Shown piece by piece: positions 1 through 10,191 of a stretch of 64,000 nt of DNA (its first letter is position 1; every line of letters starts with the position of its first letter). The notes under the pieces were generated by a model, which worked only from the letters and a program-made list of their open reading frames with translations, searched no databases and was not told the DNA's origin. Made by a program: the position numbers and the translations under genes. The stretch is from a virus. The DNA lies in IMG/VR virus record IMGVR_UViG_3300025450_000016. One strand, 5' to 3'.

Positions 1-355
1 TTGTCGTGTAGCCCGTATCATCAGTATGTTCCAGGGCCTGTAAATACTTATGACCAAATAAACTGTTAAAATACGAGCGGTAAACGTCGGTATTCAGCAA
101 CTTGCTGTTGCACACATCACATTCGGGCAAGGTTTCTCCGGCCATCATACGACGGCGCACACTTTTCATATGTTCACTGTTCCAATGCTCATCCAATGAA
201 ATAGGTATGTACTTGCCGGTACCCGATGTAGTATCAATGTACTGTTGAAAATTCTGCGCAGGCTCTCTTGACGCACAACACATTCTACGCTCAGTTTGCG
301 GGCTGAGATAGGTATGAGTCCAAGGTGCCATACAAAGTGTTGCTGGTTTATCCAT
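1..355 (-). CDS. N-terminal twitch-domain radical SAM protein, partial (runs off the window start; not in the ORF track)
   Basis: ATG at 355 overlaps the stop of the 348..1313 ORF. It reads MDKPATLCMAPWTHTYLSPQTERRMCCASRE...WNSEHMKSVRRRMMAGETLPECDVC, the same CxxPW..CC..CxxC N-terminal Fe-S module as its neighbours. The CxxxCxxC core would lie outside the window. Confidence 0.8.
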   Translation of the reverse strand, partial: MDKPATLCMAPWTHTYLSPQTERRMCCASREPAQNFQQYIDTTSGTGKYIPISLDEHWNSEHMKSVRRRMMAGETLPECDVCNSKLLNTDVYRSYFNSLFGHKYLQALEHTDDTGYTT

Positions 356-1313
356 TTATAAATTCCATTAAGGGTTCGACTATTGACTGGTAGAACGATA
401 CATCAACAGCAGATCTATTGTGAAACAAACTGGAATTGTGCGCCATTTTGTCTCGAGTTTCTTGACTGTATCCTTGCAGCTGATAATTTTTTATCTGTTC
501 GTACACTAGATCCAATCGGTTGAGTTTGAAATCGTATGACTCGTCGAATAAATTACTGTATGTTTCAAACCCCGAGCGTTGTAAAAAATCCAATGTACCA
601 ACTCCGCCCAGCATCACAAACGGTTGTTGTAATGCTAGAGGTTTCATTGTTTTTTCTGTGACAAATATTTCGTCTGTGTTCATTTGTGTTTCTACCACTA
701 TGTTGATTTCTGTACGATTGTACCACGCAGGATTTATGTAACGATCCCATCTATCCCAATACTCTTTGTGTCCGGGGCTGTCGTGTTCAATATCGCCATC
801 GATACGCACTCCACGATCAACATAACTGTATAGTCCTTGCTCCAAGATTGGAGTAAACTTGTTGTATATATCGTCTCTAAAAGGTCTAGCAAAATTCATC
901 ATCAGCAAAAACTTTTTGTCTGGTGTGTAGGTACGTTCTACTGTGTAGTTGCTCAATCGATTTTCGTGATACCAAAAATACAACGGAACTTCCAAGGTAT
1001 TTGGTGGAGTATTTGTGCTCTCTGATCCAACCACGTGCAACACCGTTGTTTCAGTATGCGACGAACTGCTTTGTTTTTCCAACAGCGACTCAAACACCAA
1101 TCGATAACCATCCCCGACCAATTGATCAACAGTTGTTTTATTTTTGTGATATTGATAATGATTGCACACAAACAAGGTTGATTGTTTGTCGTATGCACGG
1201 TGCGGATCATAGAATTCAAAATCAAAAGCCTGACCAATTATACTACGATACTCTAATAAGGTTATCTGTGTATAGTTGTTGTGATCCCAAAAACCAACCA
1301 GTTTAATCTTCAT
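348..1313 (-). CDS. putative glycosyltransferase (GT10/fucosyltransferase-like C-terminal domain)
   Basis: IVVET..FVTEKTMKPL..QPF..G..L..L...GFETY..LFDESYD motif, shared with 10181 and 11238; resembles the GT10 'TEK' donor-binding motif. Confidence 0.55.
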   Translation of the reverse strand: MKIKLVGFWDHNNYTQITLLEYRSIIGQAFDFEFYDPHRAYDKQSTLFVCNHYQYHKNKTTVDQLVGDGYRLVFESLLEKQSSSSHTETTVLHVVGSESTNTPPNTLEVPLYFWYHENRLSNYTVERTYTPDKKFLLMMNFARPFRDDIYNKFTPILEQGLYSYVDRGVRIDGDIEHDSPGHKEYWDRWDRYINPAWYNRTEINIVVETQMNTDEIFVTEKTMKPLALQQPFVMLGGVGTLDFLQRSGFETYSNLFDESYDFKLNRLDLVYEQIKNYQLQGYSQETRDKMAHNSSLFHNRSAVDVSFYQSIVEPLMEFING

Positions 1314-2520
1314 ATCCCATTGCTCTGGCTATTTCAGGGTGCGTGTCCAAGAAGTTTTGTTTGCGGTGTGCATCGGTACGTTGCATCTTAAACAAAAATT
1401 CCGATCCGTCGCTGCCTGAACCTAATTCAATGAAATTGATTATGTTGTTGATTTCTCGTTGATAATGACTGTTTTTCCAAAATGTAGTTTTTAATTTGTT
1501 TAACACCAGTTCATTGGCAGCCGGAGTCATACGTTGTATGCTCATATGATCAGGACTGTGCATCATATTGAAATAAATGTCTCCAAACCCTTTGGTGTCG
1601 GCCCAGTCTAGTAATTCATCCAAGTAATAGACATTTTGAATATTGACAGTAAAACACAACTGTGTGGTGATATTGGGTGTGTCAACACGTTTGGCAAAGT
1701 GTACATCGTCGATAATTTTATTTGCCAAATCCCACTTGGCCCCGTAGCGTTCATATTCAAAACGATCGCCTACGTTGTCAATACTGAACGCAATATCTAC
1801 ACGACCAAATTGATTCCAAATCTGTGTGTTTTCACTCAGTTCCTGCGTGGCATTGGTGTTGTAGTGTATGTCAATGTTCTTGCTGTAACCCAAGGCAGCC
1901 GCATATCTCAGTAGATCAAAATGCTCTTGTATCATCCAGGGTTCACCACCGGTAAATTCAAAATACTTGATGTTGGGCAATAGTTCACGTAGGTTGTCCC
2001 AGAAGATTGTTGTTTTGCGTGGCCAGGCACCGGCCTTTAGCCAGGTGTAGGCAATGTGACTCTTCTTATCAAAGTCTTTGGGCATATATGCTAATTCTTC
2101 TTCGGCCCACTTGCTGCTTGACCACGATCCACAAATACGACATTTGAGATTGCAGATGTTACCCAACTTCAAATCCACAAACCATAGCTGGTCAGGATTA
2201 TCGTTCGCCCAGTCAACCTTGTCGTACAAGTGCTTGAGTCTAACTTGACTATGGATGCGTTTGCTGTCGCGGCCGGCAGCTTCTTCATCCCAACAACGAC
2301 TACAGGTTGCTGGCTTTTCCCCGGCACGAAACTGTCTACGTAGATTTTGCATATACTCGCTGTGATATGCAGTTTCCAAGTTGGTTTCATTTAGATCGTA
2401 TTTTTTACCTGTGGCATCAACTATTTCCTCGTGTGCCATACAGCAAGGACGTGTAGTGCCCATCGGGCTGGTCTCAATGGAGATCCAAGGTAACATACAA
2501 ATTGTTTTAGGTAACGTCAT
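1303..2520 (-). CDS. radical SAM protein with N-terminal twitch/SPASM-like domain
   Basis: CMLPW..RPCC..CSRCW N-terminal cluster ligands; core CNLKCRIC; FTGGEP; YNTN; FSID. Confidence 0.92.
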   Translation of the reverse strand: MTLPKTICMLPWISIETSPMGTTRPCCMAHEEIVDATGKKYDLNETNLETAYHSEYMQNLRRQFRAGEKPATCSRCWDEEAAGRDSKRIHSQVRLKHLYDKVDWANDNPDQLWFVDLKLGNICNLKCRICGSWSSSKWAEEELAYMPKDFDKKSHIAYTWLKAGAWPRKTTIFWDNLRELLPNIKYFEFTGGEPWMIQEHFDLLRYAAALGYSKNIDIHYNTNATQELSENTQIWNQFGRVDIAFSIDNVGDRFEYERYGAKWDLANKIIDDVHFAKRVDTPNITTQLCFTVNIQNVYYLDELLDWADTKGFGDIYFNMMHSPDHMSIQRMTPAANELVLNKLKTTFWKNSHYQREINNIINFIELGSGSDGSEFLFKMQRTDAHRKQNFLDTHPEIARAMGYED

Positions 2521-3712
2521 ACCGCATTGCTTTTGCTATTTCTGGATGTGTGTCTGCAAAATTTTCTCCACGGATACGATCCAACTGTTTCATTTCCTCA
2601 CGGAATCTGACTCCGTCTTTGCTTTCAGCATTGTTGATAAAATCAATTATTTGATCAATTTCGCGACGGTGGCGGTCAATAAATTTGCCTGAGTTTAATT
2701 TTTCAATTACCAATTGTTTTGCTTCCGGCGGCATTGTACCAATACTCAAATAGGCCGCTTCGTGAACTAATCCAAAGTTTTCGTGATCAAAGTCTTGTTC
2801 GGCTATCCACGCACACAATTCCTCAAGATAATAAACATTTTGTATACTCACAGTAGGATTAACCTGTAGCTCTATATGTGGAAGACGAGCTTTCATTGCA
2901 CGAAATCTTTGTATGTTTGCATTGACTTCCGACCACTTGGCTCCTGAACGTTCTAGTTCAAAACGTTTGCCCAATCCGTCAATGCTAAATGCTATTTCAA
3001 CACGTTTGAAGTTTTTCCATAATTCTTCAGCACCTTCGGGGAATACAGTTCCATTGGTATTGTAAAATAAATGTTGATAACGACTGGAACCTGTGTCTAC
3101 GCTGTACTGCAACAGGTCAAAGTGTTCTTGAATCATAAAAGGCTCACCGCCAGTGAAATCTAAAAATTTAATCTTGGGTATCAAAGTTCGTACTTCTTCC
3201 CAAAATGTTGTACTGGTACGTGGCCATTCGCCTTCTACTAGCCAGGTCTTGCTTTGATGAGTTCGTCTTTCTTTGTATGGAACCTGCATTAGACTCTCCT
3301 GTGCCCACTTGCTGCTGATCATAGGACCACATATACGACATTTGAGATTGCAGATATTGCCCAATTTCAAATCCAAGTATAAAAAATGTTTAGGCACGAC
3401 AGTATTAAAATTTACCAAAGGCAACAGCATATTCATTTTCTGCAAATGATTAACACGTTTGCTGATTTTGCCCACAGCTTCCTCATTCCAGCAACGACGA
3501 CACGCTCGAGGTTTGCCACCATCAATGAATTCTTGTCGCAAATCTTTCATATAATTGCTGTGAAAGATTTCCATTATACTGTCGGTAGCAAGATTGTATG
3601 GAGTGCCATCATCACGTTTGATTACGTCCTCGCTAATGCAACAAGGGCGTACTGTGCCTACTGTGTTGGCAGCCAGACTGGTCCAAGGCAACATACACTT
3701 GTGATCAGCCAC
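2507..3712 (-). CDS. radical SAM protein with N-terminal twitch domain (close paralog of 1303..2520)
   Basis: CMLPW..RPCC..CRRCW; DLKLGNICNLKCRICG; FTGGEPFMIQEHFDLL. Confidence 0.92.
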   Translation of the reverse strand: MADHKCMLPWTSLAANTVGTVRPCCISEDVIKRDDGTPYNLATDSIMEIFHSNYMKDLRQEFIDGGKPRACRRCWNEEAVGKISKRVNHLQKMNMLLPLVNFNTVVPKHFLYLDLKLGNICNLKCRICGPMISSKWAQESLMQVPYKERRTHQSKTWLVEGEWPRTSTTFWEEVRTLIPKIKFLDFTGGEPFMIQEHFDLLQYSVDTGSSRYQHLFYNTNGTVFPEGAEELWKNFKRVEIAFSIDGLGKRFELERSGAKWSEVNANIQRFRAMKARLPHIELQVNPTVSIQNVYYLEELCAWIAEQDFDHENFGLVHEAAYLSIGTMPPEAKQLVIEKLNSGKFIDRHRREIDQIIDFINNAESKDGVRFREEMKQLDRIRGENFADTHPEIAKAMRYDVT

Positions 3713-5030
3713 CGTTTAATTCCTTAAATTCAGGAAATAAATCCCAGAAACATTCATTTCGTACTGCGTCTAGTTTGGCAGTTTCTTCTACAAACCGTGG
3801 CCAATGTTTGGTACCATCAGTGCCGCGCATTAGACTCAGTAAACTTTGATATCCTGTGGTAGCACGACGCAAACTGTCTTGTGGATCTAACCACTCAATA
3901 TGACGTTCATATGCCGGATAGATGACACGCTGTTTAAACTCCTCCGGGAAGATATCAATTCTATACCATTCGGGACTTTGGCAAATGTTGATATTCCAAT
4001 CCTTGGCTTGAATCAATCCCAACCGAGTCCATTCCTGATGGAAGTCCAGCACGTGTAGTACATTCATTGAGCTAACAGTTGAGCTTACATAAAAATCCAC
4101 GTGTGGCACTTCTGCCATCATACGTTCGCGGTTTTCTACTGTTTGACGCCAGTCTGCACCTTTGCGTATAAGTTCTGCTTGAGGACCCATACCATCTAGA
4201 CTAGCACCTACTGAAACATTCTTAAAGTGTTTCCAATATTCAAACACGTGCTTGTCTTTGTAACGCATTTCACTGAAGTTTGTATTGTATTGAATACGTA
4301 CATCAGTTTTGCCGGCATCAATTAGCTTTTCTAATAAAGCATAATGCTCTTTCATAATTAACGGCTCGCCGCCAGCAAAGTAAACCTGTTCTAGATACGG
4401 AACGTGCTCAAGCATTTGCTCTTGCATTGCATCCTCGTCTCCTGCAGCGTACTCCACTCGTGACATATCACGACCAAGCACATCTGGAACGCGGTTATAT
4501 AACTTAACGTGATCGTTGTACCAGTTGCTACTGAAAATAGGACCGCAGGAACGACAGCGGAAATTGCAGAGATTACTAAAACGCACATCCCAATACCTAA
4601 TCTTGAATTCAGGATGTGTGCCATCATCTTGTGTCGCATTTGTTTCCTTAATTAAATGTCCGTAGTTACGATTACTATCGTTACGCATACTAAACGCACC
4701 GTGCCGCTCTTGCTCGTAGCACTTGGTACATTCTTTACTGGGTTGATCTGCAAGCATATTGACACGCAACTGCCGGTACCGGTCTTGGTTCCACACTTCT
4801 CGCATTGTGTGTTGACGTAAGTCGCCCACTGGATGCCAATAGTCAGCCAAACAGCAAGGATACACACGACCGTCTGGGAAGGCGTGCATATGAGTCCAAG
4901 GCAACATACAGAATGTTTCGCTCTGAGTCAAGCGATGCCACTCTTGTTCTGTCAATTCTGTGCGTTCAATGAAATAAGGCGCACGAGCATTGTAGTCGTA
5001 ACCCTTGTTGTAAAAATCTTGTTTGCTCAT
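3705..5030 (-). CDS. radical SAM protein with N-terminal twitch domain
   Basis: CMLPW..YPCC..CTKCY; CNFRCRSC; FAGGEP; YNTN; ASLDG. Confidence 0.92.
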   Translation of the reverse strand: MSKQDFYNKGYDYNARAPYFIERTELTEQEWHRLTQSETFCMLPWTHMHAFPDGRVYPCCLADYWHPVGDLRQHTMREVWNQDRYRQLRVNMLADQPSKECTKCYEQERHGAFSMRNDSNRNYGHLIKETNATQDDGTHPEFKIRYWDVRFSNLCNFRCRSCGPIFSSNWYNDHVKLYNRVPDVLGRDMSRVEYAAGDEDAMQEQMLEHVPYLEQVYFAGGEPLIMKEHYALLEKLIDAGKTDVRIQYNTNFSEMRYKDKHVFEYWKHFKNVSVGASLDGMGPQAELIRKGADWRQTVENRERMMAEVPHVDFYVSSTVSSMNVLHVLDFHQEWTRLGLIQAKDWNINICQSPEWYRIDIFPEEFKQRVIYPAYERHIEWLDPQDSLRRATTGYQSLLSLMRGTDGTKHWPRFVEETAKLDAVRNECFWDLFPEFKELNGG

Positions 5031-6376
5031 AACGTGTTGTACCAGCCTGCCAAGGCAGGAAATGTTGCTGTGAAGTTTTTACCGCGACGCTGGTCATACT
5101 GTGTATAAAACTTCTTAAAGTCTTGTTGTAGTACTGATTGTTCTGCAGCATCTGCGTGTGGTGTTTTGACCACATCCAAATAGTCAATCAAGCGTTGCAG
5201 TTGATTGCGTTCATACTCGTGCAAGAATTCGTCATTGCTGTTTGTGTCTAACCAATCTTGCAAGCGAATTTTGTAGTGTGTTCGTAATACATCTGGAAGA
5301 ACCAGTGGACTTTGAAAACTTGGAAATCTTAAAATATTTAGCGAGAAACTAGGGAAGTTCTTTCCGTACTCACGTTTCCAATTCATACAGCACTCTAAGA
5401 AACTGTCTAGTGTGTCTAAACACAAGGCATTGATAGTACACATCACGTGGAAGCCACGTAGTTTACCTGAGTCCATAATCTTTTCACAGTTGTTGGCCCA
5501 GTCGTCCCAGACAAGTCCATCGCGTATGTATTCGGCTTGTAGACCGATGCTTTCATTACTGGTATATAAGTCAACAGTGACTCCATCAATGGCTGCTAGC
5601 AAACGATTTACGTCTACATCAGTACCTAGGTTACTGTTAATAGCAAGACGTGTAGAACTCTTGCCTTTGTTAGTTTTAAACCATTCAATTAGTTTCCAGG
5701 TCTCTGGCGACATAAGTGGCTCACCGCCAGTGATACGTAATTCTTTTAATGTTCTGTGTAGATCTGTTTCCCACCATTTGTGAAATGCTTCTACATACGG
5801 GTTAACTTCGCCGAAGCGATAAAGTTGACTGCTATCGTGAGGGTGAGTAAAGTGGTTGCGGCCGTCGCTAACCAATTGGGTGTATGGCCCGTGTTGCTTA
5901 AGGTCACGTACCCAGCTACTACTAAAAGCAGGGTTGCAGTAGCTACAAGCAAATTGACAGGTACGGTCAAACGCGATTTCAAGTGTTTGTAAATCCACAT
6001 CTTCTTCTGCAGGAGTGTTGTAAGCAAGATCCAAATCCTTATCATCATATATAACAGTTTTGTACACACGGTCACTGATGTTGTCGCGACCAATGTCTTC
6101 AATCTTCCAACAGTATTCGCAACCGACAGGACGTTCGCCCCGTTGCATTTGAGCACGTTCTGATTTCTTTTTAGCGGTATTATGTAATGCCTTGGGATTG
6201 GCACGTACTTCGTCAACACTAACCTGATGTGGCAACGGGTGATGGCAACTAGTAGTTTGCCCTGACCCTAACCATATAGTAGCATTGTACCATTTGGCTC
6301 CGCAGAAGCTTTCCGACTTGATGTCGATCACCCGGCGTTTGTATTCTAAATCGGTTTCATTGTTAATTCTGGGCAT
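5027..6376 (-). CDS. radical SAM protein with variant N-terminal Fe-S domain
   Basis: CGAKW..SCHHP..CEYCW; core CQFACSYC; ITGGEP. Confidence 0.9.
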   Translation of the reverse strand: MPRINNETDLEYKRRVIDIKSESFCGAKWYNATIWLGSGQTTSCHHPLPHQVSVDEVRANPKALHNTAKKKSERAQMQRGERPVGCEYCWKIEDIGRDNISDRVYKTVIYDDKDLDLAYNTPAEEDVDLQTLEIAFDRTCQFACSYCNPAFSSSWVRDLKQHGPYTQLVSDGRNHFTHPHDSSQLYRFGEVNPYVEAFHKWWETDLHRTLKELRITGGEPLMSPETWKLIEWFKTNKGKSSTRLAINSNLGTDVDVNRLLAAIDGVTVDLYTSNESIGLQAEYIRDGLVWDDWANNCEKIMDSGKLRGFHVMCTINALCLDTLDSFLECCMNWKREYGKNFPSFSLNILRFPSFQSPLVLPDVLRTHYKIRLQDWLDTNSNDEFLHEYERNQLQRLIDYLDVVKTPHADAAEQSVLQQDFKKFYTQYDQRRGKNFTATFPALAGWYNTL

Positions 6377-7748
6377 AGTATCGGCATTCGTTCCAAAATT
6401 CCCGCATCTCTGGGAAAGTTTCTAAAAAGTCGGTGTTGCGTCGTTGATCGTGTTCGTGGAAAAATCTATAAAAATCTGCACGTTGTAGTTTAACATATCC
6501 TGGATCCAAATTGCGACCTTCCTTCATCCAATCAATATCGCGGCGCATACGTTGTACTTCGTAGTCCTTGAATCCGTGAAATGGATCTTCGGCAGTTTCC
6601 AAATTCAGTTCCATCCAGTCAGCCACACGTTCCAATACCCCCACGTAAACTTCAGGCAAGATTTGTAAACTTTGCCAACGCGGTTGACGTAGTAACGGAG
6701 TATCAAACCAAACACGTTGATATGTGGTACTGTGCGTTCTGCGTAGACTCAAAATATAATCTAGCTGTCGTTGTAAACCCAATACGCTTAGGTTATTCAT
6801 TGTGATAATAAATGTAAGACTGTTGCGATAAGGAACTTCTGTCAGGTAACGTTCAACATAGCTGACCAGACGATTCATATTCAAACCGTTGCGTATGTAT
6901 TCTGCGTGAGCTGGTATACCTGAGTCTAAACTCACGTACTGCATAAAGTGTTCAATTTGAGTTGAACACAAGCGTTTTACATAATCTAGATAGCGTTCAA
7001 ACAATGCTGGTTCTACGCTGAAGTTTGATGTCACATTCAGGTGCAATTCAGGATTAGGCAAGGCCAACACATAGTCAAATACCTTGAATGTGTTACGATC
7101 CATCAGGGGTTCGCCACCGGTCATACGGAAATGTTTCAGTTGCGGATAAAGTGTAGGCCACCAGGCCCAAAATGCATCAACATAAGGATTATCTTGGGAA
7201 TGAGGAATAGGCCTGTTGCGACCAACAAAATGGCTAGCATCGTTATGAACAGTACTGGTTGGGTATCCGCCAAACCTATCAACTTCTTGCTGCCAGCTAC
7301 TACTAAACTGGGGACTACAATAACTGCATTTGAGATTACACGCATGATTAAAGTTAACTTCGACGTACGACGGAACAACGTCGTCTTCATTTCCGGCACT
7401 GGATCTAATAGGTTCATAATCTTCTGCTGCCCAAGGCTCTCCTGATCTATAATGTCTATCGCTTAGGTTACCCAAGTCTTCTTGTGTCCAGCAATAGCTA
7501 CATTCTTGTGGACGTTCGTCTTTGAGCATAATAACACGTTGCTTTTTCTTATGCTCGGTATTGTGTAATGCACCCGGATTGTCTTTTAATACTGCGGGAT
7601 CAATTTGATGCAAGGGCGGATGATAGCAACTGTTGTTGAGTCCTGTAGGCAAGTGTAGACTCACCTGTTTCCATTTGGCCAAACAGAGTGCTGGTCCTAA
7701 TTTTTCTTTCATCTGCTCAGCGGCAGACATAAAGTCGCTTTTACTCAA
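6363..7748 (-). CDS. radical SAM protein with variant N-terminal Fe-S domain (paralog of 5027..6376)
   Basis: CLAKW..SCYHP..CSYCW; core CNLKCSYC; MTGGEP; shares the NPYVxAFxxWW block with 5027. Confidence 0.9.
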   Translation of the reverse strand: MSKSDFMSAAEQMKEKLGPALCLAKWKQVSLHLPTGLNNSCYHPPLHQIDPAVLKDNPGALHNTEHKKKQRVIMLKDERPQECSYCWTQEDLGNLSDRHYRSGEPWAAEDYEPIRSSAGNEDDVVPSYVEVNFNHACNLKCSYCSPQFSSSWQQEVDRFGGYPTSTVHNDASHFVGRNRPIPHSQDNPYVDAFWAWWPTLYPQLKHFRMTGGEPLMDRNTFKVFDYVLALPNPELHLNVTSNFSVEPALFERYLDYVKRLCSTQIEHFMQYVSLDSGIPAHAEYIRNGLNMNRLVSYVERYLTEVPYRNSLTFIITMNNLSVLGLQRQLDYILSLRRTHSTTYQRVWFDTPLLRQPRWQSLQILPEVYVGVLERVADWMELNLETAEDPFHGFKDYEVQRMRRDIDWMKEGRNLDPGYVKLQRADFYRFFHEHDQRRNTDFLETFPEMREFWNECRYYAQN

Positions 7749-8458
7749 ACCAAGTTTCTCTCTTTAAGGTTAGCAATAAGGTATTTGACAAATTCTGTAT
7801 GCGCTTCAGGACCGGGATGGGTTGGATCGGCCCAGCTGTCAATTTCGCCAGCAATCTTGTGCGGAGTTTGTAACACTAGGTTTTGTTTGTCGATCATATC
7901 ATACAAGTGTGAATTGACTCGCAGATCTTTTAACTCTCTCACAGAACAAAACAGGTATGGCTGATTCATTGATTTTAATACACCTTGCAGTCCTATAATT
8001 TTGGTAAGACTTCTATGATAATGGCTTTCATAATCGGTATGATTGTAAAATTCGTCAAACAGTTGTTTGACGCTTTCACCTTCGTTATTGATGTAACCGC
8101 AACCAAATACCCAATCCTTTTCCACATAGTCTTGATCGTTTTCAGGCCAAATAACTTTGCTGGGCCAATCATTCTGTCGGCTTTGATATAGGCTGGTGTA
8201 AGTAGTATCAGCAAATTTGGTGATGTCTCTGACTTTGATATCAAACCGTCTAAAGTCGCACCACATGACCATTACTAGATCGTATTTTCTTTGTGCTAAC
8301 TCGGATATGGTAGTGGCATAGATATATTCGTTACCTGCTCCGGCCTGTGCAAGATTGATAATATCGCACTCGATATTTTGTTCCAGTTGCTCTTGTAGTA
8401 TATAAGGCCACGATCCAGCACCTCTAGCAACACTGGGTCCATTGACTAAAATTTTCAT
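7745..8458 (-). CDS. SGNH/GDSL-like hydrolase or acyltransferase
   Basis: N-terminal LVNGPS (block I), INLAQAGAGN (block II), C-terminal DPTHP (block V). Confidence 0.7.
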   Translation of the reverse strand: MKILVNGPSVARGAGSWPYILQEQLEQNIECDIINLAQAGAGNEYIYATTISELAQRKYDLVMVMWCDFRRFDIKVRDITKFADTTYTSLYQSRQNDWPSKVIWPENDQDYVEKDWVFGCGYINNEGESVKQLFDEFYNHTDYESHYHRSLTKIIGLQGVLKSMNQPYLFCSVRELKDLRVNSHLYDMIDKQNLVLQTPHKIAGEIDSWADPTHPGPEAHTEFVKYLIANLKERNLV

Positions 8459-9355
8459 TTAAAATCTCCTGGGTAATTGTGGGCCGGCCCATACACGGCC
8501 AAGTGGTTGTTTGGTCATTATCATTTCATTCACTGTATTGGTCCACTCTACTGTATTGCTGTTAATTTCTATTTCAGGTGCTACCGTATTCAAGTACAAC
8601 AAGTATTCGGCTGGCATTGGATGTGTGTTGGTTCTAAATAACAAACGCTTGCTGAATTGATGTTTTTCGTTGATCTCTACCTTGACACGATTGTCGACTC
8701 CACTAAAGTCCTGCTGAACAAATTGTTCCCACGTTGGCCAATTGGCGCCACGTAAAACTGTGTATTCTTGTTCAAGTCCTTTTATGTCTACATACCCCTT
8801 GCGACTGTACCAATCAAAATTGAATATTGCTTCGTATACGCTGGGTTTAACTGCAGCTAGTTCGTTGGCGTATAGTGTGGTTATTTCGTTGTCTATACTA
8901 AAAATTTTAAAAATATTATCATCAGGTACATTAAACGGCACTATACTAAAAAACTTGTACTCACAGCCAATTGAATCCAGTACAGCTTTAGCCGCAGACA
9001 AGTGTGCCATATCTCGAATTAGGTAGCCGGTGGGGTCGGCAAATTTTGCAACAAAATCTTCGCTGTAGGTTGTTTGATTATAGATACTACCCGGAGTAAT
9101 CCATTGTTCACTTGCAACCCAACGGTCCTCGCGGCCTATGCTGCTCCACATAATCATCACAACATCATCCCGGGTGATACGGTTACGTTTGTGGCATTCC
9201 ATTAGGCTATAAAAAATAAAACTATTGCCTGCACCATCTTGTCCCCAATTGGAATACGATTTGTACTGACGTCCCACTATGTCGGCCCAGGTTGGATAGT
9301 ATATGCTGTTAGTAAAGCTACAGCCAAATGCAAAGAATCTTTGATCTTGTTTCAT
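8459..9355 (-). CDS. SGNH/GDSL-like hydrolase or acyltransferase
   Basis: FAFGCSFT, NWGQDGAGN, IMWS, C-terminal NTHP. Confidence 0.7.
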   Translation of the reverse strand: MKQDQRFFAFGCSFTNSIYYPTWADIVGRQYKSYSNWGQDGAGNSFIFYSLMECHKRNRITRDDVVMIMWSSIGREDRWVASEQWITPGSIYNQTTYSEDFVAKFADPTGYLIRDMAHLSAAKAVLDSIGCEYKFFSIVPFNVPDDNIFKIFSIDNEITTLYANELAAVKPSVYEAIFNFDWYSRKGYVDIKGLEQEYTVLRGANWPTWEQFVQQDFSGVDNRVKVEINEKHQFSKRLLFRTNTHPMPAEYLLYLNTVAPEIEINSNTVEWTNTVNEMIMTKQPLGRVWAGPQLPRRF

Positions 9356-10191
9356 TTTGTAATTACGTTATTGTAATGTAAAACTATGCTTTCGTCATCC
9401 TTGGCTGTGGGGCACATAGTACATACACGATGTGGTCGACCATAATTGTTGAGGAATGCTGCAATTGCCTCATCTGGGCTATCGGGTGTAATGTACTGCC
9501 CGCGATATGGTTTCCACGCCGGATCTGTTATGCCAAAACGATCTAGTGTTTGTTCTAACCCGCCCAACGTACTACACTTGTACAACTTGCCCTGAAACAT
9601 CAGCGGACATTTTTGTTGCATACAAATTTCAAACGATTCTGCTGGATTACTATTAAACGGCATCATATTTGGATAGTCGTTCTTATAGTACTTGATAAAT
9701 GTCAGTGGGCGATTGACTTGAAATCGCAGGCCGTTTGTGGTCTTGTAACGATAGATGCCAAACTCGTACACAGGTTCCCATTTGTACATTGAAAATATTT
9801 TGCGTATCACTGCTTCTACACGCTCACTGTGTTGATGTGCAGTAATCTTAAAAACAAAGTTACCCACTTCGTGTGCTGTTTCTAATACATCCAAGTGTCG
9901 GTCCAGCAGTTCACCGTTGGTACTAAAGCGTATGGGACTTGTAGGCAACAGTTCTCTTAGTCCACGTATCCATTGCTTGAGCTCGGGATTGATCAAGGGT
10001 TCGCCGCCCATGATGCCAAAGTCTTCGATATCCATACGTGGCAACCAAGATTCAATTTCTCTGCGACCGTCCTCCCATTTGACATAACCTGTGTGCTTTA
10101 GGTCAGCGTAATTGCTGCACCCAAGACAACTTAGATTACAGAATTGTGTAACCATCATTTCTACAAACGGCAAGTGGTGTTTAGTTGTCAT
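9352..10191 (-). CDS. radical SAM protein with C-terminal Cys cluster
   Basis: CNLSCLGC near the N-terminus; MGGEP; STNG; C-terminal C..C..GKLYKC...CTMC. Confidence 0.9.
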   Translation of the reverse strand: MTTKHHLPFVEMMVTQFCNLSCLGCSNYADLKHTGYVKWEDGRREIESWLPRMDIEDFGIMGGEPLINPELKQWIRGLRELLPTSPIRFSTNGELLDRHLDVLETAHEVGNFVFKITAHQHSERVEAVIRKIFSMYKWEPVYEFGIYRYKTTNGLRFQVNRPLTFIKYYKNDYPNMMPFNSNPAESFEICMQQKCPLMFQGKLYKCSTLGGLEQTLDRFGITDPAWKPYRGQYITPDSPDEAIAAFLNNYGRPHRVCTMCPTAKDDESIVLHYNNVITK

